A DNA stretch of 64,000 nucleotides from Lama guanicoe (Eukaryota). The DNA is taken from positions 319,793 to 383,792 of the forward strand of contig MU053493.1 in assembly GCA_013239625.1 (NCBI GenBank). The letters are read 5' to 3'. Below, piece by piece: positions 23,211 through 35,687 of this stretch (its first letter is position 1; each line of letters begins with the position of its first letter). Below the pieces are notes generated by a model. That model ran no database searches and was not told the origin of the DNA. It was given only the letters and a program-made list of their open reading frames with translations. Position numbers and translations under genes: made by a program.

Positions 23211-25360
23211 CAGGCACTGGGAGCAGCAAAGATGAGGGACGCCAACAGAGGGCCTCTGGAAGCAGCAAGCTGAGTTTGCAAAACACAGAAGACAGAAAGA
23301 ATTCTCAATAAAGTCATTAAGAGTTCACAGTCTCCATGAGAACACATCAACCCCCTTTTTTAATCTGTTCTATTTTCTATTACCTTTTTAATTTTTACTT
23401 TTTAAACAATTTTATATAATTCCAGTTTTAATCCCTGTTAAATTTTTTTGTTAAAATACATTTATTATGTTTTCACATACACCTCATTTCATTTTTATTT
23501 CTCTGCATTTGGATCTCCTGTCATTGCTTATACACAGGTTTCATTTTCTTTCTCTTTTATACTTTCTTAAGGTTTTTAAAAGAAGTCTCAACCCTTTTGC
23601 TATTCTGCTTCAACTTGCTATTCTACTACTGATTATACATTGTTTTCAAACCATTTTTCCTACCTTCACTTAAAATTCTCTCTTTTTATTTAATGTTTTT
23701 TAACTATTCAATTTTCTATTACCTTTTGAATTTTTACTTTTTCAACAATTGTATATGTATCAAATTTAAATCCTTTTCCTTTAAAAATATTTTTAGTATC
23801 ATTATTTTTAAAAATCCACATGATATCATTCTCATTTCTCATGGTTTTAATTTCCTGTTATTGATAATAAACAGGATTCAAATATTGTTTTTGTTCTTTT
23901 CTCCTTTTCTTAAAGTGTTTAAAAGATGTCTCAACATGATTGCTATTCTGATTCAACTTGCTCTTCTATTATTAATTATACACTGTTCTCAAACCTTTTT
24001 TTCTGCCTATATTTAAAATTATCTCTCTCTTTTTTAAAAGTTTTATTCCAGCATAGGACATAGATAAATAAATAAACTCCTTAAGGACTAAAATAGATAA
24101 ATGACATGACGTAAGCCACAGTGCCAGAGAGATATGAGCTAGATGAAGTAGCAAAGAAACTATTCCAAATTAAAACAGCAAGAGAAATCCCCTAAAATAA
24201 CAATCAATGAAATAGACATTGACAGCCTACTAGATGAAGATTTCAAAACAGGAGTGATCAAAGTACTGAACTAAAAGAGATAGTGTTTAGAGATATAAAA
24301 TATGTCACAAGTTAAATTGAAGCTATAAAGGAGAGCCAAGTAGAATTGGTAAACTCATTGGCTGAGATAAGAACTGATCTAAAGGCTGTGCAAAGCAGAC
24401 TACATAATGCAGAGAAACGAATAAGTGACCTAGAAGACAGGACAATAGAAACCACCCAATCAGCTGAGAGATAAACAAATAAAAACAAATAAAAACAACA
24501 TAAGGGACCTATGGGATAAGATAAAGCATGCCAAACTGTGCATAATAGGGGTCTCAGAAGGGAAAGAAAGATCAAAGGGGATTGAAAAGGTATTGGAAGA
24601 AATCATGACTGAAAACTTCCCAAACTTAAAGAAGGAATTAGATATCCAAGTACATGAAGCTCAGAGGGTCCCAAACAGGAAGAACTCAGATCTACAACAA
24701 GACATAACATAATCAAGATGACCAGAGTCAAGGATAAAGAAATGATCCTAAAAACAGCAAGAGAAAAACAAGGAGTGAGTTACAAGAGAACCCCATAGAG
24801 CTCTGAGCTTATTTCTCTACACAAACACTATAGGCCAGAAGGGATTGGCAAGATATATTCAAAGTCCTGAATGAAAAAAATATGCAGCCTCAGATACTTT
24901 ATCTAGCAACACTCTACTTTAGAATACAAGGAGAATTAAAGAATTTCATAGGCATATAAAAGAAGCAGGATGTTACAGAAATGAGAAACTCATATCTGGA
25001 AAGGTGATAAATTACCATGAATTACATATAGAGTAAACAAGAAATTGTAAAAGAAGACATCTAAATCATTAAGAGCAGGAGATGGAAGTAAGAAAATATA
25101 CAGTATTTTTTTCTTTCTTTTAAAAATTTTTGTCCATGGTAGGATGGGTTGGAGCTTATATTACTATCTGTTTAATACAAATAATTACAGTAATGCGTTA
25201 ATAGACTTACAAAAAAAGATAACTACAAATCAAAAACTTAGAAGTGAGCCAAAAAAACTAAATAAAATCCAATACAATACAAAGGAAAATTACCAAGCCA
25301 CAAAAGAAAGAAGAAAGGAACAAAGAGGAAATAGCAAATCAACTGCAAAACAAATTCAAA

Positions 25361-28300
25361 ATGACAATAAACAAACATCTATTATTAATTACTGCAAATG
25401 ATAATGGACTAAATGCTCCAATCAAAAGACATAGAATTGCAGAATGGATAATAAAGCAACAACCTTCAATATGCTGCATACAAGAGACCCACTTTAGGGA
25501 GAAGCACACATATTGATTGAGAGTGAAAGGATGGGAAAAGTTATATCATGCAAATGGAAAAGCCAAAACAACAAATGTAGTATTAATGACTTCAGACAAA
25601 AAAAAATACTTTAAAACAAAGGCCACAAAGAAAGATATAGAAGGACATTTTATAATGCTTACAGGAGTAATGAAATATGAGAATATAACACATGTTAATA
25701 TACATGCACCCAATATAGGAGCACATAAGTACATAAAACAATTACTAACAGAGATAAAGGGGGATATTGATGGGAATACAATCATTGTCAGAGATTTTAA
25801 CACGACATTCACATCACAAGAGATATCTTCGAGGAAGAAAATAAATAAGGAAACAGAAATTAAATAATAAAATAGAAAAATCAGATTTGGTGGATATTTT
25901 CAGAGTATTACACACACACACCCAAAATAGGATATACATTCTTTTCAAGTGCACATGGAACGTTTTCTAGGATTGATCATGTACTTGGACACAAAGGAAG
26001 CCTCAGCAATTTTAAGAAGATACAAATTATCTCAAGCATCTTTACTGACTACAATGTCACAAAACTAGAAATTAACTACAAAGAAACAGGAGGAAAAAGG
26101 AAAGCATGGAGAATAAACAACATGTGATTAAAAAACCAATGGGTCAATGATGAAATCAAAGTTGAAACTGAAAAATAACTTGAGGCAAATGAAAATGAAA
26201 ACACACACACAAATTTTGTGATACACAACAAAGACAATGCTAAGGGGGAAGTTTATAGTGATACAGGCCTTCCTCAGTAAACAAGAACAATTTCAAAAGA
26301 AGAAGCTAAACCATCAGCTAAAAGAATTAGAAAAAGAAGAGCAGAAAAACCCAAAATGCAGCAGAAGGAAGGAAATTATAAAGATCAGGGAGGAAGTAAA
26401 CAAAATAGAGATTTATAAAACCATAGAAAATATCAATCAAACCAAAAGCTGGTTTTTTGAAAAAGTAAATAAAATCGACAAACCTCTCAACAAACTCACG
26501 AAGAAGAAAAAAGAGACAGCACAAATAAGCAAAATAAGAAACGAAAATGGAGAAATTACAACAAATAAAATAGATATACAGAATATCATATGAGAATATA
26601 ATGAAATACTATATGGAACCAAAATGAATAAACTAGAGGAGTTGGACAAATTTCTGGAAACATAGAGTCCACCAAGACTGAACCAAGAAGAAACTGACCA
26701 CTTGAACATGTCAATCAATAGAAATGAAATAGAATTAGCAATAGAAAACCTCCCTACAAATAATAGTCCAGGACCAGACTGCTTCACCAGGGATTTCTAC
26801 CAAACATACAAAGAAGAACACATAGCAGTCCCCCTCAAACTCTTCCAGAAGATTGAAAAGGAGGGAATACTCCCAAGCTCATTCTATGAATCCACCATCA
26901 CCCTGAAACCAAAACGAGGCAAAGACATCACCAAAAAAGAGAATTACAGACCAAATTCACTGATGAACATAGATGCAAAAATCCTCACCAAAGTATTAGC
27001 AAATAGAATCCAACAGCACATAAAAAAGATTATACATGATCAAGTGGGGTTCATCCCAGGGACACAAAGGTGGTTCAACATATGCAAATCAGACAATGTA
27101 ATACATCACGTCAACAAGAGCAAGGACAAAAACCACATAATCATCTCAATAGATGCAGATAAAGCAGTTGATAACATTCGACACTCATTTATGATAAAAA
27201 TTCTCACCAAAGTGGATATAGAGGGAATGTATCTCAACATCATAAAAGCTATATATGACAAACCTACAGCCAGCATAGAACTGAATGGTGAAAAACTCAA
27301 GAGCTTCCCATTAAAATCTGGGACAAGACAAGGATGCCCAGTATCACCACTCCTATTCAACATAGTCTTGGAAGACCTAGCCACAGCAATCAGGTAAGAG
27401 AGAGAAATAAAAGGGATCCAAATTGGAGAAGAGGTAAAAGAGTTACTATATGCTGATGACATGATACTATATACAGAAAACCCCAAAAGATCCACACAAA
27501 AACTTCTAGAGCTGATCGAAGAATTCAGCAAGGTAGCAGGTTACAGGATTAATATTCAAAGTCCAGTTGCATTTCTTTACACTAATGATCAATCAACAGA
27601 AAAAGAAAGTAAAGAAACAGTCCCCTTTAAAATAGCACTCAAAGTAATAAAATACCTAGTAATAAATCTAACCAAGTAGGTGAAAAACTTATACATGGAA
27701 AACTATAAAACACTGATTAAGGAAATTAAAGAATACTTAAAACACATGGAAAGATATCCCATGCTCCTTGATTGGAAGAATCAATATTGTTAAAATGGTG
27801 ATACTGCCCAAGACAATCTACAGATTGAATGCAATCCCTACCAAATTACCAAGAACATATTTCCCAGAACTAGAACAAATTATAATAAAATTTATATGTA
27901 ACCATGAAAGGCATACAATTGCCAAAGCATTACTGAAGAAAAAGAAAAAGTCTAGAGGAATAAGTCTCCCAGACTTCAGAAAATACTATAGAACTATGAT
28001 ATTCAAGATAGCATGGTATGGGTACAAAAACAGACATATGGCCCAAAGGAACAGAATAGAGAGCCCAGAAATGAAACCACAAACTTTTGGTCAACTAGTC
28101 CTCAAAAAAGGAAACAAGAATATTCAATGGAATAAAGACAGTCTCTTCAGGAAATGGTGTTGGGAAAACTCGACAGCAGCACATCTATCAATGAAGCTAG
28201 AACACTCCCTTACACCATACACAATAATAAATTCAAAATGGATTAAAGACTTAAACATAAGACAAGATACAATAAACCTTCTAGAAGAAATTATAGGCAA

Positions 28301-28885
28301 AATATTCTCACATACATCTCAAAAATGTTCTCCTAGGGCAGTTTATCCAAGCAACAGAAATAAAAGCAAGAATAAACAAATGGGACCTAATGAAACTTAC
28401 AAGCTTCTGCACTGCAAAGGAAACCGTAAATAAAATGAAATGACAATCTATGGAATGGGATAAAATCTTTGATAATGAAGCAGACAATGGCTTGATCTCC
28501 AAAATGTATATGCGGCTCATATGAAAAAATAAAAAAAAAACAACCCAATCCAAAAATGGGCAGAAGACCTAAACAAGAAATTCTCCAAGGAAGACATGCA
28601 AATGATCAATAGGCACATGAAAAAAAATGCTCAATATCACTAATTATCACAGAAATGCAAATGAAAACTATGATGAGGTATCACCTCACATCAGTCAGAA
28701 TGGCCACCATTCAAAAGTCCACAAATGACAAATGCTGGAGAGGCTGTGGAGAAAAGGGAACTCTTGTACACTGCTGGTGGGAATGTAGTTTGGTGCAGCC
28801 ACTGTGGAAAACAGTATGGAGAGTCCTCAAAATACTCGGAATAGACTTACCATATGACCCACTAATACCAATCCTGGGCATGTAT
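25361..28885 (+). pseudogene. L1 ORF2p, disrupted (copy C)
   Basis: ORF-track peptides 25517-25867 (EN), 26237-26593, 26702-27397 (RT), 27461-27679, 27768-28433 and 28655-28912 ([18 protein letters not shown]). Confidence 0.94.
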
Positions 28886-29400
28886 GCACTACAGCTCTCC
28901 ACTTTCAGGTGACTCCCTCATATGGTTCAAAATCATCAGCAAACAGGCTTGCATCTTTTCTTCCTGTGTCAAGGGGCCAATGGGAACTCCACATTATGTG
29001 ATACAGGTATGTATGAGAGAGGCCACTTTTTCTTGTGAGTTACATGTAACTTCCTGGCCTGTCTGGACCCAATCATATACATACCACTCCCATTTGATGT
29101 AGGAGTGCAGCTGTGCCTTCCCAAATTTAAGTCTTTTTGGGTTAGGTAACACTCAGGACCTCCAGTCAAATAATGTTTTCGTGGCTTGTGGTTAAAGCCA
29201 CAGAGTGAGAGTTGTTTCTCAAAAAGAGAGTATTAATTGGTCGTTGATAGCTAAACTTTGCTCTAAAATCCTTAACTCCAGTACTGTGATTTATCTGTGG
29301 GCTGCTATAGGCTTCAAATAACATCCCTGTGAAGCAGTGGAAATTCAAGAGCCATTGGGTCTGCTGGGTTATGTGGTCCAAGTGGTAGAATGGCTTGCAC
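28886..29400 (-). mobile_element. ERVL-class internal fragment (RT connection/RNase H region)
   Basis: CAGCTCTCCACTTTCAGGTG...ATCATCAGCAAACAGGCTTG...GGGAACTCC resembles recalled ERVL pol minus strand. Confidence 0.6.
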
Positions 29401-31601
29401 AACAACCTGGACCATTTACAGAGCCTTTCCTACTCCCCCCACCACACACCCTCAAAACTAGTAACTTCCTGTCACTTGATATGTGGGGTAGATTAACACA
29501 CCCAAATGATGAATATGTTGTCTTCAACATCAAAATGCCCCCTGGGGGCTGTGCCTCTTAGTTTTAAGAATGGACACAGATACAACAACTTGCCCTTTAC
29601 CTTAAAGAGTATCTGGACATGTCCCACACTTTTGGCTCCCTAGAGATGGCACTGAAGCAGAAGCTCCTGGACATTTATTGGAATTTAATCTCCACCTCTG
29701 ACGTGCAAATGCCTTACCATTAAGTCTAGAATAGTTGCTGGTCCTTCTTGCTAGGTCCCAGTGTCTTAACCTCATATTTAATGCATCATCTTAATGGACA
29801 AGTGTGACATTTTGTGGGAGGGAGGGGTGATCAACATCCTTGCAAAGTAAACTTTGACTCAGGCTGGAGAGTTGATACATGCCTGACATAGGAGTGTTAA
29901 GGTGCATTACTGGCCTCACACCTGTAAGGAATCTGCCTCTAGTAGGAACTAAGGTGAGGGAGGCATTTGCGAGGTCAACAGCTCACTTCTGGGTATCAGA
30001 GAATGTGCAAATTCCCTATATCAATAAAACCACATTTAGTACAACAGTTGCATCAGTATGTTAATCTCCCAACAATCTACTTTCAACCTTCAATACATTT
30101 GTTCTCTGCCCAGGCCAAATAGAACAGTTGAAAGGGGGACTTTTATGTATTGGCTCCTTAAAGCCCATCTTAGTCCCTTAAAACTCTCAGGCCATATCTG
30201 ATTGGATGCTCAACACTCTCAAATATAAAATTCTAGTCAAAGCCATTGTAATGTAACCAATGTTTCCAATTGTGTCCTGTTGTAATTAGAAGACATTTTC
30301 TTGAACTATGCAAATTATTATAGTGCCATACATATAAGCATTCAAATTATAGAGGGATGAAGTAGAGTGAAAAACCACAATTGTCACATCTTTGGTCACA
30401 AATGGATATTTTACCAAATTGGTATATGTTACAGATAGATTTGGGGAAGTTTCCATCAGCGCAGAAAACAAAATTTTAAAAAAGGAACACAGTTTCAAAT
30501 AAAATGTTCATAGTTTAAATTCTGACATAGTTTCTTTGATGATGGATATTAGTTATTCCTGTGGCATGAAATATTTTAATATGGTAATCTAAAAACCAAG
30601 GTGTTGACAAATTTATTACTTCTGATTTGACAATGCATTCAAGATAATTTAACATACAAAATAAACCAAATTAATTTGACATCTATCTTTTACAAGATAA
30701 GATACAAATACTTTGAGATATTCCAGAGACCATCTGGAAAATCTCAATGTTAACTGAAGGTCAAAAAGACTCTATTTAAAAATCTGTTTTTGAGAAGCTG
30801 CCAAAATGTCAAAAGGTTAAACACTTCACTAAATAGAATAATCAGTCACTGTAAAACAATATGTTCACTTAACCCAAATGACAAAATATTTTAAAAGAAT
30901 ATATGTCAAGTTATATAGTTGCAAAATATCTAGCTCTGTTAATATCAAGAACTCAGTTTTCTTTATGTAATCAAGGATCTATAAAGACAATCTAAAACAC
31001 AGGAAAACATTTTCAGATATAAATATTAGATTCCCAGGCAAACACTTAAACATAAAGAATATTTTTTTTTACAATTTCTTATCAAGTGTACACTATGAAG
31101 CTAAGTAATCTTTGTTGTTTTAGCAGAGAATATGAACCAAATTCTAGTTTTGCTTATTGGTACTATTAATTCAAAGACAGAGCTTTAAAAACCTTGTAAA
31201 TAATTCTTCCAGTTTTAGCACTGACCACAAAAGATGCCTTTTCCAAGATTCCTTTCCCATATATATTCTATAACCAAAAAAAAAAATCCATATCTGAATC
31301 ACTTTACTGTAAACATGAAACTAACACAATATTGTAAATCAACTATACTTCAATTTAAAAAAAATAATGTCTTACTTTTCCTGCTAACAGAACTAATTTT
31401 TTTTACCATATTAGTCCTGGTACTATAATTTATAAATATTGATTTAAAAATTTAACCATTAGTCACCTTTCTTTTAAAGCAAAAACTAGGAAGTAAGCAA
31501 TTGTTAACTGATACATATCATTTGGTAGGAAATATATTAATAAATTACTTCATAAATTTCTAGATGCAGGTGCCTTTTTCATAGTATAAATTCTTACATT
31601 T
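29400..31601 (-). mobile_element. Old ERV1 (MER4-group-like) internal region, minus strand; continues at 34702-35687 and 43217-~43500
   Basis: AT-rich ERV1-int-like sequence; continuity supported by TSDs at 31602/34702 and 35673/43217. Boundaries approximate. Confidence 0.5.
31291..31365 (+). mobile_element. Very short L1 3' tail
   Basis: TATCTGAATCACTTTACTGTAAACATGAAACTAACACAATATTGTAAATCAACTATACTTCAATTTAAAAAAAA; homologous to 19706-19775. Confidence 0.8.
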
Positions 31602-31617
31602 GGAAACGGACCCAAAT

Positions 31618-33504
31618 GGCAGAGTTCCCATCAAGATGGCAGAGCAATAGGTCCATGAGCCTACATCTTCTCATAACTAAAATGAAACCAGAACTAAATA
31701 CTAAACAACCATTGAAAAAAGACTGAAACCTAGCAAAAAATATATTCTGCAATGGCAAACATGAAGAGGGAACCACAGTGGGATGATAGGAGGGGTGTGC
31801 TAGTGATATAATTGGGCCACATATGACCAGGATGGGAGACACACAAGCTGAAGATTTGTTAAGTCACAGAGGCCCTCCCACAGGGTTGATAGCTCTAAGC
31901 CCCATATCAGGCTCCTTAGCTCAGGTCCTGGAATTGGAAAGAGGAGACCCCAGTACATCTGATTTTTAATGCCAGGGGGTCTTGGCTCTGAGGACCCATG
32001 GGAATAGGGGAAACAGAGACTCCATTCGCTTGAGAAGCATACATGGAAACTAATGTGCAACAGATCCAATGGCAGAGGCATTGATTCATAGGAGCCGGGG
32101 CAAGACGTGCCTGCTGGATTTGGAGGGTCTCCTGGGGATGTGGGGGATGGCAGTGGCTCACTCAGGTGACATAAAAGCTGGTGGCTGACATTTCAGGAGT
32201 GTTCATCTACATGAGCTTTCCTGGAGGCTGACACCTTGATCGGATTATTAGCACCAAGATCCAGGCCCAACCAACAGCCTGTAAGGAAGCCTCAGGCAAA
32301 ACAACATACAGTGTGTAGACACAGCCACATCCATCAGCAGACTTCCTGAGCCACAAAGGCCTCTAGAAACAATGCTACCCACCAGAGTTCCAGGACAAAG
32401 CTTCACCCAGAAGTGGGTAGGCACTGGCTCCTCCTGCCAGGAATCCTGTGTAAGCCTCTAGTCCAGCCTCATCTTCCAGGAGCTAATACTAGAATTAAGA
32501 AAGCAGTCATCCTAAAGCCTGTGGAAGGAATCCACAAACACATAGAAAGACAGAAAATATGAAGCTGCAAAGGAATATCTCCCAGGACAAGGCACTAAAT
32601 AAAATGCCAGAAGAAGAAATAAGTGATAAGGAGATAGGTAATTTATTGGATATAGTGTTTAAAGTAATGATGGTCAAAATTCAGAGAACGCAAGAGGAAT
32701 ATAGATGCACAGAGTGAAGTTGTGAGCAAAGAGATGAAAAATATAAAGAATATCCAAAAAGAGTTGAAGAATAAAGTCACTGAAATGAACAACCACTAGA
32801 AGGTACCAAGAATAGACTAAATGAGGCAGAAGAGTGGATCAGTGAGCTAGAAGACAGATAAGTGAAAATCACTACTTCAGAACAGAAAAAAGAAAAAAGA
32901 AAAACAAAGGAGAGGATAGAATTAAGAGAAATCTGTGACAATATGAAGTGCTGTAATATTCTCATTATAGGGGTCCCAGAAAGAGAGGAGAGAGAAAGAC
33001 TCAGAGAAAAGTTTTTGAGAGATAATAACTGAAAACTTCCCCAACTTGGGAAAGAAAATAGTCACCCACGTACTGGAAGCACAGAGAGTACCACATAGAA
33101 TCAACCCAAAGAAGAACACACCAAGGCACATAGTCACCAAATTGACAACAATTAAGATTAAGGAGAAAATATTAAAATTAGCAAGAGAAAAGCAATGAAT
33201 AACGTACAAGGGAACTCCCACAAAGTTACCAGCTACTTTTCAGCAGAAATGCCACAGGCCAGAAGGGAGTGGCACAATGTATTTAAAGTGATGCAAGGGG
33301 GAAATTTACAACCAAGAATACTCTTTCCATCAAGACACTCAATCAGATTTGAGAGAGAAATCAGAAGTTTCACAGATAAATAAAAGCTAAAAGATTTCAG
33401 CACCACCAAACCAGCTTTACAACAAATGTTCAAGGACTTTCTCTAGTCATCAAACCATAAGAAAAGAGAACAGAAAGAAGAAAGAGAAAGAGACCTACAA
33501 AAGA
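31618..33504 (+). mobile_element. Older L1 family 5'UTR plus complete degenerate ORF1
   Basis: CATCAAGATGGCAG start; 5'UTR homologous to 10531-11447; ORF1 remnants (QARREWHNVFKVM, 33195-33383). Confidence 0.9.
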
Positions 33505-33735
33505 TTGCTTTGGCTGTCTTTTATGGTTCCTTATAAATTTTGGAATTGTTCTAGTTCTGTGAGGAATGTCGTGAGTATTTTGATGGGGGTTGGGTTGGAT
33601 CTGTGGATTGCTTTGGGTAGTGTGGCCATTTTGATAATGTTGATCCTTCCAATCCAAGAGCACAAGAAATCTTTCCATTTCTTTGTGTCATATAGGTTTT
33701 CAGAGTATAGGTAACCTCTTTGCTTAAGTTTATTT
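33505..33735 (-). mobile_element. Inverted L1 ORF2 fragment
   Basis: Minus strand carries the L1 post-RT sequence (TGGATTGGAAGGATCAACATTATCAAAATGGCC), opposite in orientation to the adjoining ORF1. Confidence 0.85.
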
Positions 33736-33880
33736 CTCAGTGTTGTTTGTTTGTTTGTTTGTTGATGTAATGGAGATATCTCTGCCAGTTAAAAATTTCT
33801 GGTGTTTGAAGTAAAAAAGAAGTGAATAAAGGACTGAAAATGACAAAATATCTTTCTTTTATATGGGTGAATTTTATTTG

Positions 33881-33883
<3 letters not shown>

Positions 33884-33919
<36 letters not shown>

Positions 33920-33926
33920 ACACACA
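33884..33926. repeat. (CA)n microsatellite
   Basis: About 21 AC units with one interruption. Confidence 0.98.
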
Positions 33927-34164
33927 TATTGAATCTCCATTGTCTATTCAACTGTTGATGTAAAATTGGGATGCTTCCATGTCTTGGCAATTATAAATAA
34001 TGTGGCTTTTAATAGCAGGATGTATGTATCTTTTTGAGTTAATTCTTATTTTGTGGTTGGCATTATTCCTTCGTTTAATAATTAAGTTTAAAAATCTAAA
34101 GATGTAAACATTCTTAGAAACAATGTGCAGTACATATATGCAAATTTAAAAATATTTGTGCAGT

Positions 34165-34701
34165 AAAAAATTAAAAGAGGTCTATCAAGCCATGAAAGAC
34201 ATAGAAGAAACATAAAAAGACCTATTACTAAATGAAAGAAGCCAGTTTGAAAAGGCTACATACTGTATGATTCCAAACAAGTGACATTCTGGAAAAGGCA
34301 CAGCTACAGAAATAATAACAGCATCGTGAGTTCCATGGGTTTGAGGAGACTGAGGGAGGGAGGAATGAATAGATGGAGCACAAGGAATATTTAGTGCAAT
34401 TAAATTATTCTGTAAGATAGTATAATGGTGGCTTCATGCCATTATGCATTTGTCAAAACCCATAGCATGTGCAACGAGATTGAACCCTAATGTAAACTAT
34501 GGACTTTGGTTGATAATAATGTGTCCATATTGGTTCATCCATTGTACCAAATATGTCATACTGATGATAGATGTTGAGGGTAGTGATGTATATATGTGTG
34601 GGTGAGAGGGCTATATTGAAACTCTGTATTTTCTGCTCAATTCTGCTGTAAACCTGAAGCTGCTCTAAAAAAAAATTAAGTCGATTTTAGAAAAAGAAAA
34701 A
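34165..34701 (+). mobile_element. Ancient L1MC-like 3' end
   Basis: CTATCAAGCCATGAAAGACATAGAAG...GAAAGAAGCCAGTTTGAAAAGGCTACATACTGTATGATTCC...GTAAACCTGAAGCTGCTCTAAAAAA resembles recalled L1MC 3' ends. Confidence 0.75.
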
Positions 34702-35687
34702 GGAAAATGGACCCAAATATATTTAGCTTCTCTACATAATTTTTAAAAGGATGCCAAATGTAGACAAAGCTTTGTTCCACAATTAATGTTTCCATACCTT
34801 ATCTCACTTGGAAATAACCTATATGTTAATGAATATACATCATTGACCTTAACAGTATAGATATAAGGTTTCAAGTTACCAAAAAATTTTGTAAAATTAT
34901 TTTATGTAGCTGTAGTATAAAACAAAATTGATCTTCAGAAGTTCACTTATATATTTTATCTCACCTACATCTATTTAATCTACTTATGCTTAACAAGTAT
35001 GTGTGCATTGGCCAAGAGTAGTTAATGAATTAAACAAACAAAGCTAGCCATCATCCATTTAATTTTTTCTTGCTGACAAATTAGGCAAAGATTTAAAAAA
35101 AAAGAGGCTAAAAACCTAAAAAGTTAAATGTATGGTTCTTGTCTCCTTACTTAAAAAAGAGTTCTACTGTGCTTGACATACATCAAGTAATTCATGTTTA
35201 TTGTGCATTTCATACTTAGGTTGGATTTTAGTTTATAATCTTGAACATTTAGTAGAGATATTATAAGTTTGTTTAACTGTTAAACCTAAGAAAAAAAACA
35301 TTTGTCTGCATTATATTTACTTCTGAAAACATATTTGTCTTTATTTTACCAACAATTTTTCAAACTAGCTTTGTTTAACGAATATTATCTCAAATCATCT
35401 GAAATTAACAAATTAGATAAGTTTATATATTTCTGAGTTTTAGGAACTTAACATATGGAAGTATTCATTTAGCTCTAAGCCAAGTTTAGTAGACCTTATA
35501 TAAGGGACATTGTAAGTTGATTTAGATATAATTTGGGGAGGTAGAAAATGTCACAAGTACATTACATATTGCACATATACATAACCACATAGACAGATGC
35601 AAATAGAGTTCTTATATATTTTATTCTAAAATATTATCTCTGACTCAGTGAAACATAGTGATACAATCTAATTGGTTTATCTCTACA

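Larger units (their letters stand above)
21945..28885 (+). mobile_element. LINE-1 copy C, 5'-complete, 3' end missing; defective
   Basis: GGCCAAGATGGCGG at 21961. ORF1 from 24134, ORF2 from 25361 with peptides 25517-28912 (YADD at ~27449). Homology to the other copies stops abruptly at ~28885, with no 3'UTR or poly(A). Confidence 0.97.
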
